Below, piece after piece: positions 19,200 through 27,443 of a stretch of DNA of 32,161 nt. Made by a program: the position numbers and the translations under genes. The stretch comes from Planctomycetota bacterium (GTDB lineage Bacteria > Planctomycetota > Planctomycetia > Pirellulales > Lacipirellulaceae). The stretch spans positions 1 through 32,161 of the forward strand of contig JBCCXZ010000045.1 in assembly GCA_039190745.1 (NCBI GenBank), written 5' to 3'. The number at the start of each line of letters is the position of its first letter. Within the stretch, counting starts at the first letter, position 1. Under the pieces are notes generated by a model that made no database searches, had not been told where the DNA came from, and was given only the letters and a program-made list of their open reading frames with translations.

Positions 19200-19950
19200 G
19201 TTCGGTGTATTTGCCGAACGAGTAATGATGCCTGAACGTGTCGTAGCACCTACTCCACTGCTCGATAGCAGTTTGTCGAACTCTCTCTTACCAGCAGCAG
19301 GTCGCGTAGGCGACCGTTGAAGCTCTCACGCCATTTTTAGAAGACGCCGGCCGTTCTCCTAGGGAGAGCCACGCTAGAGGAATAGCTTTATCGCCATGGT
19401 GCCGGTGAGCCACTTTCGAACACTCATCGCTGTGAACTCCCGTCCGTTGTCACTACGCAGGAAGCCAGGCGCACCACGGTCGGCAAACAGGCCGCTGAGC
19501 CGCTCCAGTACGTCCTCGCCCTTGAGTTTCCCGACCGGGTTGATCGCGACACGCCCACGGGTGTGCTCGTCGATCAGCGTCGACACCCGGAAGCCCCTGC
19601 CGTCGCTGGCTTGGTCGGAAACGAATCCGTATGTTCTAGAAGTGATTGGGGGACGTCGGACTGAGCCGGACGCATGAAACTTCCACCAGCCACAGGCGGC
19701 TACGCATCGCCAGCAGCTTTGTGAGCTTGGCGTTCTCCTGCTCCAGCTGCTTCAGACGCTCGCCTGATCCATTCGCAGGCCGTCGCGGTCTTCGAAAGGA
19801 CTCGGCTTACGCGAGCGGATCAGCGTCCGCACCGCAACGCCACTCTTCTTATCGGCTAACTCCTGGATCGTCCACCTGAGACAAGCCCCTCCGCCTCGCG
19901 GAGCTTCGATTTGAATATGCTCTGCCGTGTACTTCTTGCCAAGTGCCACC
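19200..19950 (-). pseudogene. degraded IS3-family transposase (orfA and integrase-core fragments)
   Basis: Fragments RLKQLEQENAKLTKLLA (~19705-19760), FRVSTLIDEHTR...RGAPGFLRSDNGREF (~19430-19600), GSP*ENG and ESFNGRLRD (~19300-19370); stops, frameshifts and internal deletion; ends approximate. Confidence 0.85.
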
Positions 19951-20253
19951 TTTTGCCCCCCCTTAAGCTGCGTCCTGACGCCCGGCGTATCTTATGCTAG
20001 GGAGTTGCCTCGTAACTTGGGAAGCTAGGTCGACCCTGGCCCAACCTTCCCTCAATTCCCGTCCGCAACCCAGACGAATCCATACCCATGCTACCAAGAC
20101 ATAGTGTTGCGACATCGCAAGGCCGATGCCAGAATAAGTCAGTATAGCGTTGGCTTTGTTTGCCAGACACGCAACTGGAAGGAACCACAACCCACACGCC
20201 ACTCCGCCAAGCCCAACCAACCCCGCCTCACAGCAATCGATCGGCGACGTTCC

Positions 20254-21153
20254 ATGGCTGAACCCCAAGTCATCCGCTTTTGCCCCGAGTGCAGCTCACG
20301 CGTCCAAGCCCCAGAAAGCGTCTTCGAGGGACCGTGTACCTGCCCCACGTGCGGCAAGCATGTCCAGTTCTTCGATTACCCTCGGGAGCCCACCCCGAAA
20401 CCGAGCATCCCCAAGCAGACGAAGCCCAAGACATCGGCCGACCTGCTTGTGAGCGTCTCACTCGGCCTGGCTGGCTTGTTCGGCATCGGAGCCCTAGTCG
20501 CATTGCTCGCCGGCTTCGGCGGCGTCTCCGCTGTACTGAGCCTGCTAGGCCTGGGTGCCGCCGCCGGCTTGGTTGTCCGCTACGCCGGCCTGCGACAGCA
20601 AGTGCTCCGAGCAGGCGAGATGATCGAACGCACCGAGCGTTCGCTCAAGCTCAGCAACGCCAAGATCGAGTCCGCCGCCAAGGTGAACCAAGGCCTCAAG
20701 CAGAACTTCAATGTCCTCGTAGAGGAGGAAGCGCGCCGACTCGACGCCGGTCTGGCCCAACGGATTAAGGAAGTCGAAGACGCTGAAGCCCACGCCAAGG
20801 AACTGCTCTCCATCGCCGAGCAACGGACCGCCAAAGTGAAGAACCTAGGCGAGCGGCTCATGACTGAGGCCTTCGACAACCTCCGCAAGGGCGTCACACC
20901 GGTAAACTTTGCCGAGCGACGGCAGCGCCTCCGCGAAGCGGTCGAGTTCTGTAACAAGAACGACTGCTTTATCAGCAAGGCGCGGGAAGAGGAATTCGCC
21001 TCCGAACTGACCGAGTTCTGTAACGCTAACCGCCAAGAGTTGCCCGACTCGCCGCCGACCGGAGCCGGACGGGCGATGGAGTCGACCTTGGTTGAAGACC
21101 CCGAAATCGCACAGCTCATGAAAGACCCCGAAGCGCCTAAGACGCTAGATTGA
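20254..21153 (+). CDS. hypothetical membrane protein: Zn ribbon, two TM helices, coiled coil
   Basis: CPEC...CPTC at the N-terminus, a long hydrophobic Gly/Leu hairpin, then charged heptad-like helices; C-ending codon bias from ATG 20254. Confidence 0.75.
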   Translation: MAEPQVIRFCPECSSRVQAPESVFEGPCTCPTCGKHVQFFDYPREPTPKPSIPKQTKPKTSADLLVSVSLGLAGLFGIGALVALLAGFGGVSAVLSLLGLGAAAGLVVRYAGLRQQVLRAGEMIERTERSLKLSNAKIESAAKVNQGLKQNFNVLVEEEARRLDAGLAQRIKEVEDAEAHAKELLSIAEQRTAKVKNLGERLMTEAFDNLRKGVTPVNFAERRQRLREAVEFCNKNDCFISKAREEEFASELTEFCNANRQELPDSPPTGAGRAMESTLVEDPEIAQLMKDPEAPKTLD

Positions 21154-21188
21154 TCGGCTAGCAGCCTCCTCAACGGAATACGAGTAGC

Positions 21189-21404
21189 ATGGATTCCTCA
21201 AGCGACCCGCGGGAGAGCGACCTCGTTCGGTGGTTGCGTGAGCAAGGCCACGGCGAGGCTGAGGTCGAACGGATTATGGAGAAGGTTAAGGAGTACGACG
21301 AGAAGACAGTCCGAGAATCCGTATTTGACTCTCTAGAAAGCGGCTCGTTCGATATCGCAAAGATCATCGACGAGGCCCTCGGGCAGGACGAGCCTGAAGG
21401 TTGA
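21189..21404 (+). CDS. small acidic hypothetical protein (71 aa)
   Basis: ATG 35 nt after the preceding stop; amphipathic helical sequence. Confidence 0.65.
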   Translation: MDSSSDPRESDLVRWLREQGHGEAEVERIMEKVKEYDEKTVRESVFDSLESGSFDIAKIIDEALGQDEPEG

Positions 21405-21433
21405 TCGATCCTGCCGGGATCTCCATTAATGCA

Positions 21434-21461
21434 AGCGGGCCCGGCTTTCGCCGAACCCGCT
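21434..21461 (-). terminator. probable intrinsic terminator of trxA (may be bidirectional)
   Basis: Minus strand AGCGGGTTCGGC-GAAA-GCCGGGCCCGCT (12-bp stem with two G-U pairs) followed by TGCATTAAT; lies between convergent genes. Confidence 0.6.
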
Positions 21462-21493
21462 CTAGTTACTTCTTACTTCAGCTTGCTGGCGAA

Positions 21494-21817
21494 CTACGCC
21501 TTGGCGGCGTCGATCGCTTCCTGCAACCGTGCCTTCGGCTGCACGCCGACGAACCGGTCGACCACCTCACCGTTCTTGAACACCATCAGCGTCGGGATGC
21601 TGTTCACGCCGTAGTTCTGAGGCGAACCGGGCGAGTCGTCGATGTTCAGTTTAGTGATCTTGGCGCTGCCGTCGTTTTCGGACGCGAGTTCTTCGACCAA
21701 CGGGGCGATCTGGCGGCAGGGGCCGCACCAGGGGGCCCAGAAGTCGACGAGCACGGGGCCGTCGGCTTGCAGGACTTCGCTCTCGAAGTTGGCGTCGCTG
21801 ATTTCTTGGATAGCCAT
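21494..21817 (-). CDS. trxA: thioredoxin
   Basis: VLVDFWAPWCGPC, GVNSIPTL; 107 aa; GGAG RBS. Confidence 0.97.
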   Translation of the reverse strand: MAIQEISDANFESEVLQADGPVLVDFWAPWCGPCRQIAPLVEELASENDGSAKITKLNIDDSPGSPQNYGVNSIPTLMVFKNGEVVDRFVGVQPKARLQEAIDAAKA

Positions 21818-22129
21818 AACATCTCCTCCGATGCTGCTGAGGCCCGCTGGGTTGGGTGCCGCCGTAGGTTTGGCTGCCCAGTCTTAAGGCCGCTTCGTCA
21901 AGGGTGACGAACGCCTGTGCACATCCTTACACGCGGTACGTGTGGAATGAATGGATGGTTCGAGGCCTCCGTGTTTTTGCAGGTGGACCGGATTATCAGG
22001 GGCAGGGCGGGGACTGTCAACGAACGCCGCGGGTGCGGGGCTCCGCCGGGCGAGTTGATCGGCGGGGGGGATTCGGGGATATTGCGGCGGCTGTTCCCAC
22101 CACCCGCCGAGCCCGCACGGAGTTTCTCG

Positions 22130-22708
22130 ATGGTCCGCACCCCCAGCACGATGCTGCCGCTCGGCACGCAGGCCCCCGATTTTTCTTTGGTCAACGTGGA
22201 CGGGACTACCGTCTCGCTGGACGATTTCTCCGAATCGCCGGCTTTACTCGTTATGTTCATCTGCAATCACTGCCCCTTCGTGATCCACGTGGCGGACGAG
22301 CTGGCCCGGCTGGGGCACGAGTACCAGGCCAAGGGCGTCGCGGTCGTGGCGATCAGCTCGAACGACGTGGCGGGCTACCCGGCCGATTCGCCGGAGCAGA
22401 TGGTGGCGGAGGCCGAGGCCCGTGGTTATGTGTTTCCGTATCTGTACGACGAGACGCAGGAAGTGGCGAAGGCGTACACGGCGTCCTGTACACCGGACTT
22501 CTTCTTGTTCGACGGCGACCGGAAGCTGGTTTACCGGGGCCAACTCGACGCGAGCCGGCCGGACAGCGGCGTGCCGGTGACGGGGGCCGACCTGCGGGCG
22601 GCGCTCGACGCGGTGCTGGCGGGTGAGCCGGTGGCCGAGGATCAGAAGCCGAGCATCGGGTGCAACATCAAGTGGCGGGCGGGGAACGAACCGGATTATT
22701 TTGGATGA
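22130..22708 (+). CDS. thioredoxin-fold AhpC/TSA-like redoxin
   Basis: LGTQAPDFSL, FICNHCPFV, FPYLYDETQEVAKAY.A.CTPDFF, YRGQLD, PSIGCNIKW; start set at ATG 22130. Confidence 0.9.
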   Translation: MVRTPSTMLPLGTQAPDFSLVNVDGTTVSLDDFSESPALLVMFICNHCPFVIHVADELARLGHEYQAKGVAVVAISSNDVAGYPADSPEQMVAEAEARGYVFPYLYDETQEVAKAYTASCTPDFFLFDGDRKLVYRGQLDASRPDSGVPVTGADLRAALDAVLAGEPVAEDQKPSIGCNIKWRAGNEPDYFG

Positions 22709-23197
22709 TTCGGTTCGGTTGATCGTGCTCGCTCCGTTCTGATCTTTTGGCGCCGCTGGGGCTGACACGCGTCTGAGGGACGAAAGTGCTCTCTTTTGGC
22801 CGGGGTGGTTTTCGCTTCCCCAGCGACTCGTAGAGTCGCGGCTATTGGGGCGTGGACAAAAGACGCCGGGTTTTGTGCGAAGAGCGTTTGCAGAAGTCGC
22901 TCGGCACACGAAAGCGTGCGTCGCTGGAAGTGCTTCTTGCGGATGGCCTTAGGTGGCTTCCGGGCTGACGTACGTCGGGCGGGTTCTGCACGCGGGCTTC
23001 TTGTGCTTAGGGACGAAAGAAGACTCACGCAGAGGCGCGGAGACGCAGAGAGCTCGCAGGCCGCCCTCTGGTTAAGGGCAGGCAGCTCATGGCTTATTTG
23101 CTGAGTTTCCAAAGAACTGCGGCTCGACCGCGAATACCTGTATATCAGAACAGGTGGCCATTTTCAATGAGAAGGGGTGGGAGCGGGGGCACACAGG

Positions 23198-23221
23198 GCC
23201 GTCGACCCGTAGGTCGACGGC
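23198..23221. repeat. perfect 10-bp hairpin, REP-like
   Basis: GCCGTCGACC-CGTA-GGTCGACGGC, flanked by TAG on the right. Confidence 0.5.
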
Positions 23222-23381
23222 TAGGAACGCCAGGAAGCGTTAACCGCTGCGGAGTGACGGCGGCGGGCCAGGCAGGAAGCGAATCACGAGTAGATTGAGA
23301 TGAATCCATTGCGCGGTACCATCTGAGACGAGGTATCTATAGCATCGTCAGGCTCAAGTCACGACAGGGTTGTCCGGCTCG

Positions 23382-26186
23382 ATGGAAGATCAAGACACAC
23401 CGCCAGACAACGAACCTACGGCATCGTCGGTACCTAGCTGGCAGCGGCGTTTTGAAGGCCGAGAGGCTGAGCTGCATCGCCTCAAAGATGCGTGGGTACG
23501 AGTTCTCCAGGAGCGGCAGCCCATCATCCTGCCAATCGTCGGCGCCACCGGCGTTGGCAAGACCCGGCTTGTCCAACAGTTCTACGCTTGGCTCAGCACC
23601 GAGTATGACGACGCCGAGCCCCAGGGTCACTGGCCCGACTCGCTGAATATCGGCCGCTCTCTCGACTACACGCCCGACCTGCACGACTGTCAGCCGCTCA
23701 ATCTCCTGAACAAGCCCATGCCTTTCCTCTGGTGGGGCGCGCGCTGGCACGACCCGACCGAGCGCAACCGGCCGGCGGCTTCCGGCGAAGGATTCGAAGG
23801 CTCCTGGCCGCTGCTCAAGGCCCACGCCGCCGTCCGCCTCACCCTCCAGGAAGCGCGCGACCAACGCCGCCAAAACGCATCCGCCGCCGCCGAGAGTATT
23901 GTCCGCACCGCCCTCGCCGCGGTCCCGTGGGCAGAACTGCCGCTCGCGGTAGCCGACGCCGGCCAGAGCATCTACAAGCTCCTCAGCGGCGTCGCAGCAG
24001 AGCGGCGGCTCAGCGCCGAAGCCCTCCAGCGGGTGCAGGTCGCCCTCACCGCGCTCGACCAGCAGTTCGAGCAGAGCGTAGCATCCGCTTTCAACCTTTT
24101 CCTGCGGCCCAATCACAACGAATCGCCCCCCGCCCCGGCTGTGCTTTTCCTGGACGACGCCCAATGGGCCCGACCGTCCGCTGTTCGCCTGTTGGGGCAG
24201 CTCGCCCGGGGCCCCGTGGCAACCGGAGCCGCAAGCCCCGACCAGTCCCCGCCCCCCTGGCCGGTCCTGATCCTGATGACCTACTGGCCCGATTGCTGGA
24301 ACGAGCACCAGCCGCCTGCCGCATCCAACGCCGAGCTACAAAACCCGCGCGATTTACTCTCGGCCCTCGAAGACGGCGGCCCCGTCCGGGTCCAGGCCCC
24401 GATGAGACTCGACGCCTTTGGGGTGGATCCACGCGCCGGCTCGGAGCTGCGCCCGATGATCCGAGAGGCCTTGCCGGGCCTGACTGCAGAACAGCTCGCC
24501 CGCCTCGACGCGGTCGCGGGCGGCAACCCCCGCCTCTGTGTGGAACTCCTGAAGCTCATCACCAGCGACCAGCGCATGTTCGTCGGCTTCGACAACCAGA
24601 ACCGCCTCGAAGAGAGTCAGCTCGCCCGGCTGGAATCTTTCCCCGCTGGTACGGAGCTCTACCGCGTGATCCAGGCGCGGCTCAACGAGATGCCGACGAT
24701 CCGCGAGGCGCTCGCCGCGGCTACACTCCAGGGGCCTCGTTTCCTTACCGAGTTGGTTGCGGAGGTCGCAGAAGACCTCCCTCTCCCTCCCGGCGTCGAC
24801 GAGAAGCCCGCCGCTGTCCGAGCTGGGCTCTTGCGAGCGATCGACCCCGAAGCCCTCGCCGAGCAGGTCGGCCCGACCACCTGCCGCTTCCCCGAAGCCA
24901 TCTACTTCAGGGTTTGCAACGACTACCTCCGCGAGTTTCCAGGCCTCCGCGACGCCCTGGCCCGGGCGGTCCGTGGGCGTCTCGCGGCGTGGGTCCGCGA
25001 CCGGCGCGAACAGGATCTGTCGACCGAAGAACGGCTCGTCTTTCTCGGCATCGCCGCCGACACCCTCGACCCCGGCCTGGCCGGGGACGACGAACACGCC
25101 GAAGCTTGGCAGGACGCCTTGATCCGCCTGCTCGCCGAATTGCACGCCCAGCAGGCTCCGGCCGATCTTCGCAACGATCGGCTTGCCCAGCTCTTTACTC
25201 TCCGCCCGCCAGAACAACATGCCGCGGATTGGGTGGCTCGCTACGGCCCTGCCGGCATCGACCCGGTCTTCCGGCTTGCCTTCTATCTTCGGCCTGACGA
25301 CGCCCTGGTTATTGCCGAAGCCGTCCGCCGACACCTCCAGACCGGCGCCCCGCCGACCGACGCCCAATCACTGCGGAGCGTGTCGATCTCGCTCGAAAGG
25401 GTAGGCGACGCGGTGCGGAAGCAAGACCCTGAGCGTGCGCTGCGACTCTACGAGGAGTCGATGGAGATCCGCCGCGGGATCGTCGAGCGTTTCGGCAAGG
25501 ACGCCCAGTCGCTGCGCGGCGTGGCGGCCTCTCTCTACAGGGTGGGCGACGCGGTGCGGCAGCAAGACCGTGAGCGTGCGCTGCGGCTTTACAAGGAGTC
25601 GATGGAGATCCACCGAGGGATCATCGAGCGTTTCGGCGAGCACGCCCAATCGCTGCGGGACGTGTCGGTCTCGCTCAACAAGGTGGGCGACGCGGTGCGG
25701 CAGCAAGACCCCGAGCGTGCGCTGCGGCTCTACGAGGAGTCGATGGCGATCCGCCGCGGGATCGTGGAGCGTTTCGGCGAGGACGCCCAATCGCTGCGGG
25801 ACGTGTCGATCTCGCTCGAAAGGTTGGGCCACGCGGTGCGGCAGCAAGACGCCGAGCGTGCGCTGCGGCTCTACGAGGAGTCGATGATGATCTGCCGCTG
25901 GATCGTGGAACGTTTCGGCGAGGACACCCAATCGCTGTTCGACCTAGCCGTGAGCTTGGTTCGCATTGGGGAGATAGAAGCAACGCGGCGGCGGGCGTGC
26001 TGGGGTGAGGCGGCCACTTGGACACGGGCTTTGATCGACCGCTACGGAGGTCGGCCCGACTGGGTTGCGGGCATGCAGGCGCTTCTCAGCTTGCGGCCGG
26101 AGTGGATGGACGCGGCGGACGAGCCGGGTTGGCGAGAGTGGTGGCGGGGCGTAACGGGCGAACCCGACTTGCCGCCGATACGGTAG
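23382..26186 (+). CDS. NLR-like (STAND/AAA_16) ATPase with C-terminal TPR repeats
   Basis: FEGREAEL, Walker A GATGVGKT, Walker B VLFLDDAQW, GGNP motif; four 47-aa TPR-like repeats near the C-terminus. Confidence 0.85.
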   Translation: MEDQDTPPDNEPTASSVPSWQRRFEGREAELHRLKDAWVRVLQERQPIILPIVGATGVGKTRLVQQFYAWLSTEYDDAEPQGHWPDSLNIGRSLDYTPDLHDCQPLNLLNKPMPFLWWGARWHDPTERNRPAASGEGFEGSWPLLKAHAAVRLTLQEARDQRRQNASAAAESIVRTALAAVPWAELPLAVADAGQSIYKLLSGVAAERRLSAEALQRVQVALTALDQQFEQSVASAFNLFLRPNHNESPPAPAVLFLDDAQWARPSAVRLLGQLARGPVATGAASPDQSPPPWPVLILMTYWPDCWNEHQPPAASNAELQNPRDLLSALEDGGPVRVQAPMRLDAFGVDPRAGSELRPMIREALPGLTAEQLARLDAVAGGNPRLCVELLKLITSDQRMFVGFDNQNRLEESQLARLESFPAGTELYRVIQARLNEMPTIREALAAATLQGPRFLTELVAEVAEDLPLPPGVDEKPAAVRAGLLRAIDPEALAEQVGPTTCRFPEAIYFRVCNDYLREFPGLRDALARAVRGRLAAWVRDRREQDLSTEERLVFLGIAADTLDPGLAGDDEHAEAWQDALIRLLAELHAQQAPADLRNDRLAQLFTLRPPEQHAADWVARYGPAGIDPVFRLAFYLRPDDALVIAEAVRRHLQTGAPPTDAQSLRSVSISLERVGDAVRKQDPERALRLYEESMEIRRGIVERFGKDAQSLRGVAASLYRVGDAVRQQDRERALRLYKESMEIHRGIIERFGEHAQSLRDVSVSLNKVGDAVRQQDPERALRLYEESMAIRRGIVERFGEDAQSLRDVSISLERLGHAVRQQDAERALRLYEESMMICRWIVERFGEDTQSLFDLAVSLVRIGEIEATRRRACWGEAATWTRALIDRYGGRPDWVAGMQALLSLRPEWMDAADEPGWREWWRGVTGEPDLPPIR
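25359..25922 (+). repeat. intragenic tandem repeat, 4 x 141 bp (47 aa), plus a divergent partial fifth unit
   Basis: Units start at 25359, 25500, 25641 and 25782 (partial at 25923); each contains ACGCGGTGCGG...CAAGAC...GAGCGTGCGCTGCG...AGGAGTCGATG...CGTTTCGGC. Confidence 0.95.
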
Positions 26187-26214
26187 TTTGAGTCGCGGTG
26201 TGGCCGCGGTCATT

Positions 26215-27342
26215 TCAAACCGAGTCACTGGTCCGCGAGACCTCGGTCAGTCGGCGGACGATTTCTGGAGGGCTGTCGGTTTCTTCGAGGATTTGGAGTT
26301 GCCGCTGCGCCCAGCTGGGGGAGGCGGCGATTTGGCGGCAGTGGTCGAGGCGGTTCTCGCAGCCTAGCGACGCGGCGGTCGGGGCGAGCTGTTCGGTGAG
26401 GCGGTCGGTGATCTCGGCGACGCTGCCGACGTCGTAGGAGAAGGAGTCGACCAGCGAGGCGGCGGTGCCGAAGCGGGTGGCCCGCCACTTGTTCTGGCGG
26501 ACCATCATGGGGTGGCAGTCGTGTTGGTACGTACCGCTGTCGATCTCGTCGGACAGGGCTTTGACGAGGCACTGCACGAGGGCGCCGATGGCGAGCGTGT
26601 CTTCGAGGTTGCCGGGCATATCGCAGATGCGGACCTCGACGGTGCCGAAGCGGTGGTGGGGGCGGACGTCCCACCAGATCTCGCGGATGGTGTTGATGAA
26701 GCCGGTGTCGACCATGTGGTTGACCAGCCAGACGTACTCGCTCCAGTTGCGCATGAGGGTGGGCAGGCCGGCAGTGGGGAGGCCTTCCATCACCTTCGAG
26801 CGGTGCGACATGAGCCCCGTGTTGCGGCCCTCCCAAAAGGGGCTGCTGCTGGAGAGGGCGAGCAGCACCGGGAGGTGGCGGAGGATGCGGTCGCAGATCA
26901 TGACGGCCTTGTCGCCGGAGTCGACGCCGACGTGCACGTGGAGGCCGAAGGTGACCAGCCGGCGGGCGAGTTCTTGGAGCAACTCGACGAGCTGGTGGTA
27001 GCGGGGGTCGTCGGTGACTTGCTGGTTCTTCCAGAGGGAGAACGGGTGCGTGGCGCCCCACCAGAGGCGGAGGCCCGCGTTGTCGGCGGCGGACTGGACT
27101 TGGAGGAGTTTTTGGCGGAGGTCTTGTTCGGCTTCGTCGACGGTGCGGCAGACGCCGGAGTTGATCTCGACGACGCACTGCATTAGCTCGGGCTTGAACT
27201 GCTCGCCGAGGGCGCCGTGGAGTTGGTCGGCGATGAGGTGGTAGGCGCTGGCGAGTTCCATCGATTGGCTGTCGACCAGGCCGAGCTCGAGTTCGAGGCC
27301 GAGGGTGGGATAGTCGTTGGACTGGAAAGAAAGTTTATCCAT
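26215..27342 (-). CDS. YbdK-family carboxylate-amine ligase (glutamate-cysteine ligase 2 type)
   Basis: TLGLELEL, KPELMQCVVEI, GATHPF, GLHVHVG, SSPFW, IWWDVRP..RFGTVEVRICD, NKWRA.RFG. Confidence 0.93.
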   Translation of the reverse strand: MDKLSFQSNDYPTLGLELELGLVDSQSMELASAYHLIADQLHGALGEQFKPELMQCVVEINSGVCRTVDEAEQDLRQKLLQVQSAADNAGLRLWWGATHPFSLWKNQQVTDDPRYHQLVELLQELARRLVTFGLHVHVGVDSGDKAVMICDRILRHLPVLLALSSSSPFWEGRNTGLMSHRSKVMEGLPTAGLPTLMRNWSEYVWLVNHMVDTGFINTIREIWWDVRPHHRFGTVEVRICDMPGNLEDTLAIGALVQCLVKALSDEIDSGTYQHDCHPMMVRQNKWRATRFGTAASLVDSFSYDVGSVAEITDRLTEQLAPTAASLGCENRLDHCRQIAASPSWAQRQLQILEETDSPPEIVRRLTEVSRTSDSV

Positions 27343-27360
27343 GGAAGAGCCTGAGTCTTT

Positions 27361-27433
27361 TGTAGGAGGGCTCTCTGAGGCCGATTTCGCTCTGCCTTTG
27401 ATACCGCTATCGGCCTCGGAGAGGCCTCCTACA
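27361..27433. repeat. GTAG-type REP doublet (REPIN-like)
   Basis: TGTAGGAGGGCTCTCTGAGGCCGAT (27361-27385) and its inverted copy at 27409-27433 (2 mismatches in 25); the right copy has the internal palindrome GGCCTC-TCC-GAGGCC. Confidence 0.75.
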
Positions 27434-27443
27434 GGTTGTCATT

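Noticed and set aside
5155..19950. Intact composite transposon
   Set aside because: The two IS3 remnants differ in sequence and are both broken; no matching terminal inverted repeats or target duplication could be seen
23382..23450. Amyloid signalling motif at the NLR N-terminus
   Set aside because: The leader is acidic and Pro-rich (MEDQDTPPDNEPTASSVP), lacks G/N/Q beta-repeat character, and has no adjacent effector gene with a matching motif
23732..25367. 521-aa (+) and 337-aa (-) ORFs overlapping the ATPase gene
   Set aside because: Arg/Pro-rich alternative-frame and antisense shadows with no motifs
25359..25960. 141-bp repeats as a CRISPR array or DGR template/variable repeat
   Set aside because: No unique spacers; units are in-frame coding repeats; no cas or reverse transcriptase gene in the window; differences are not adenine-specific
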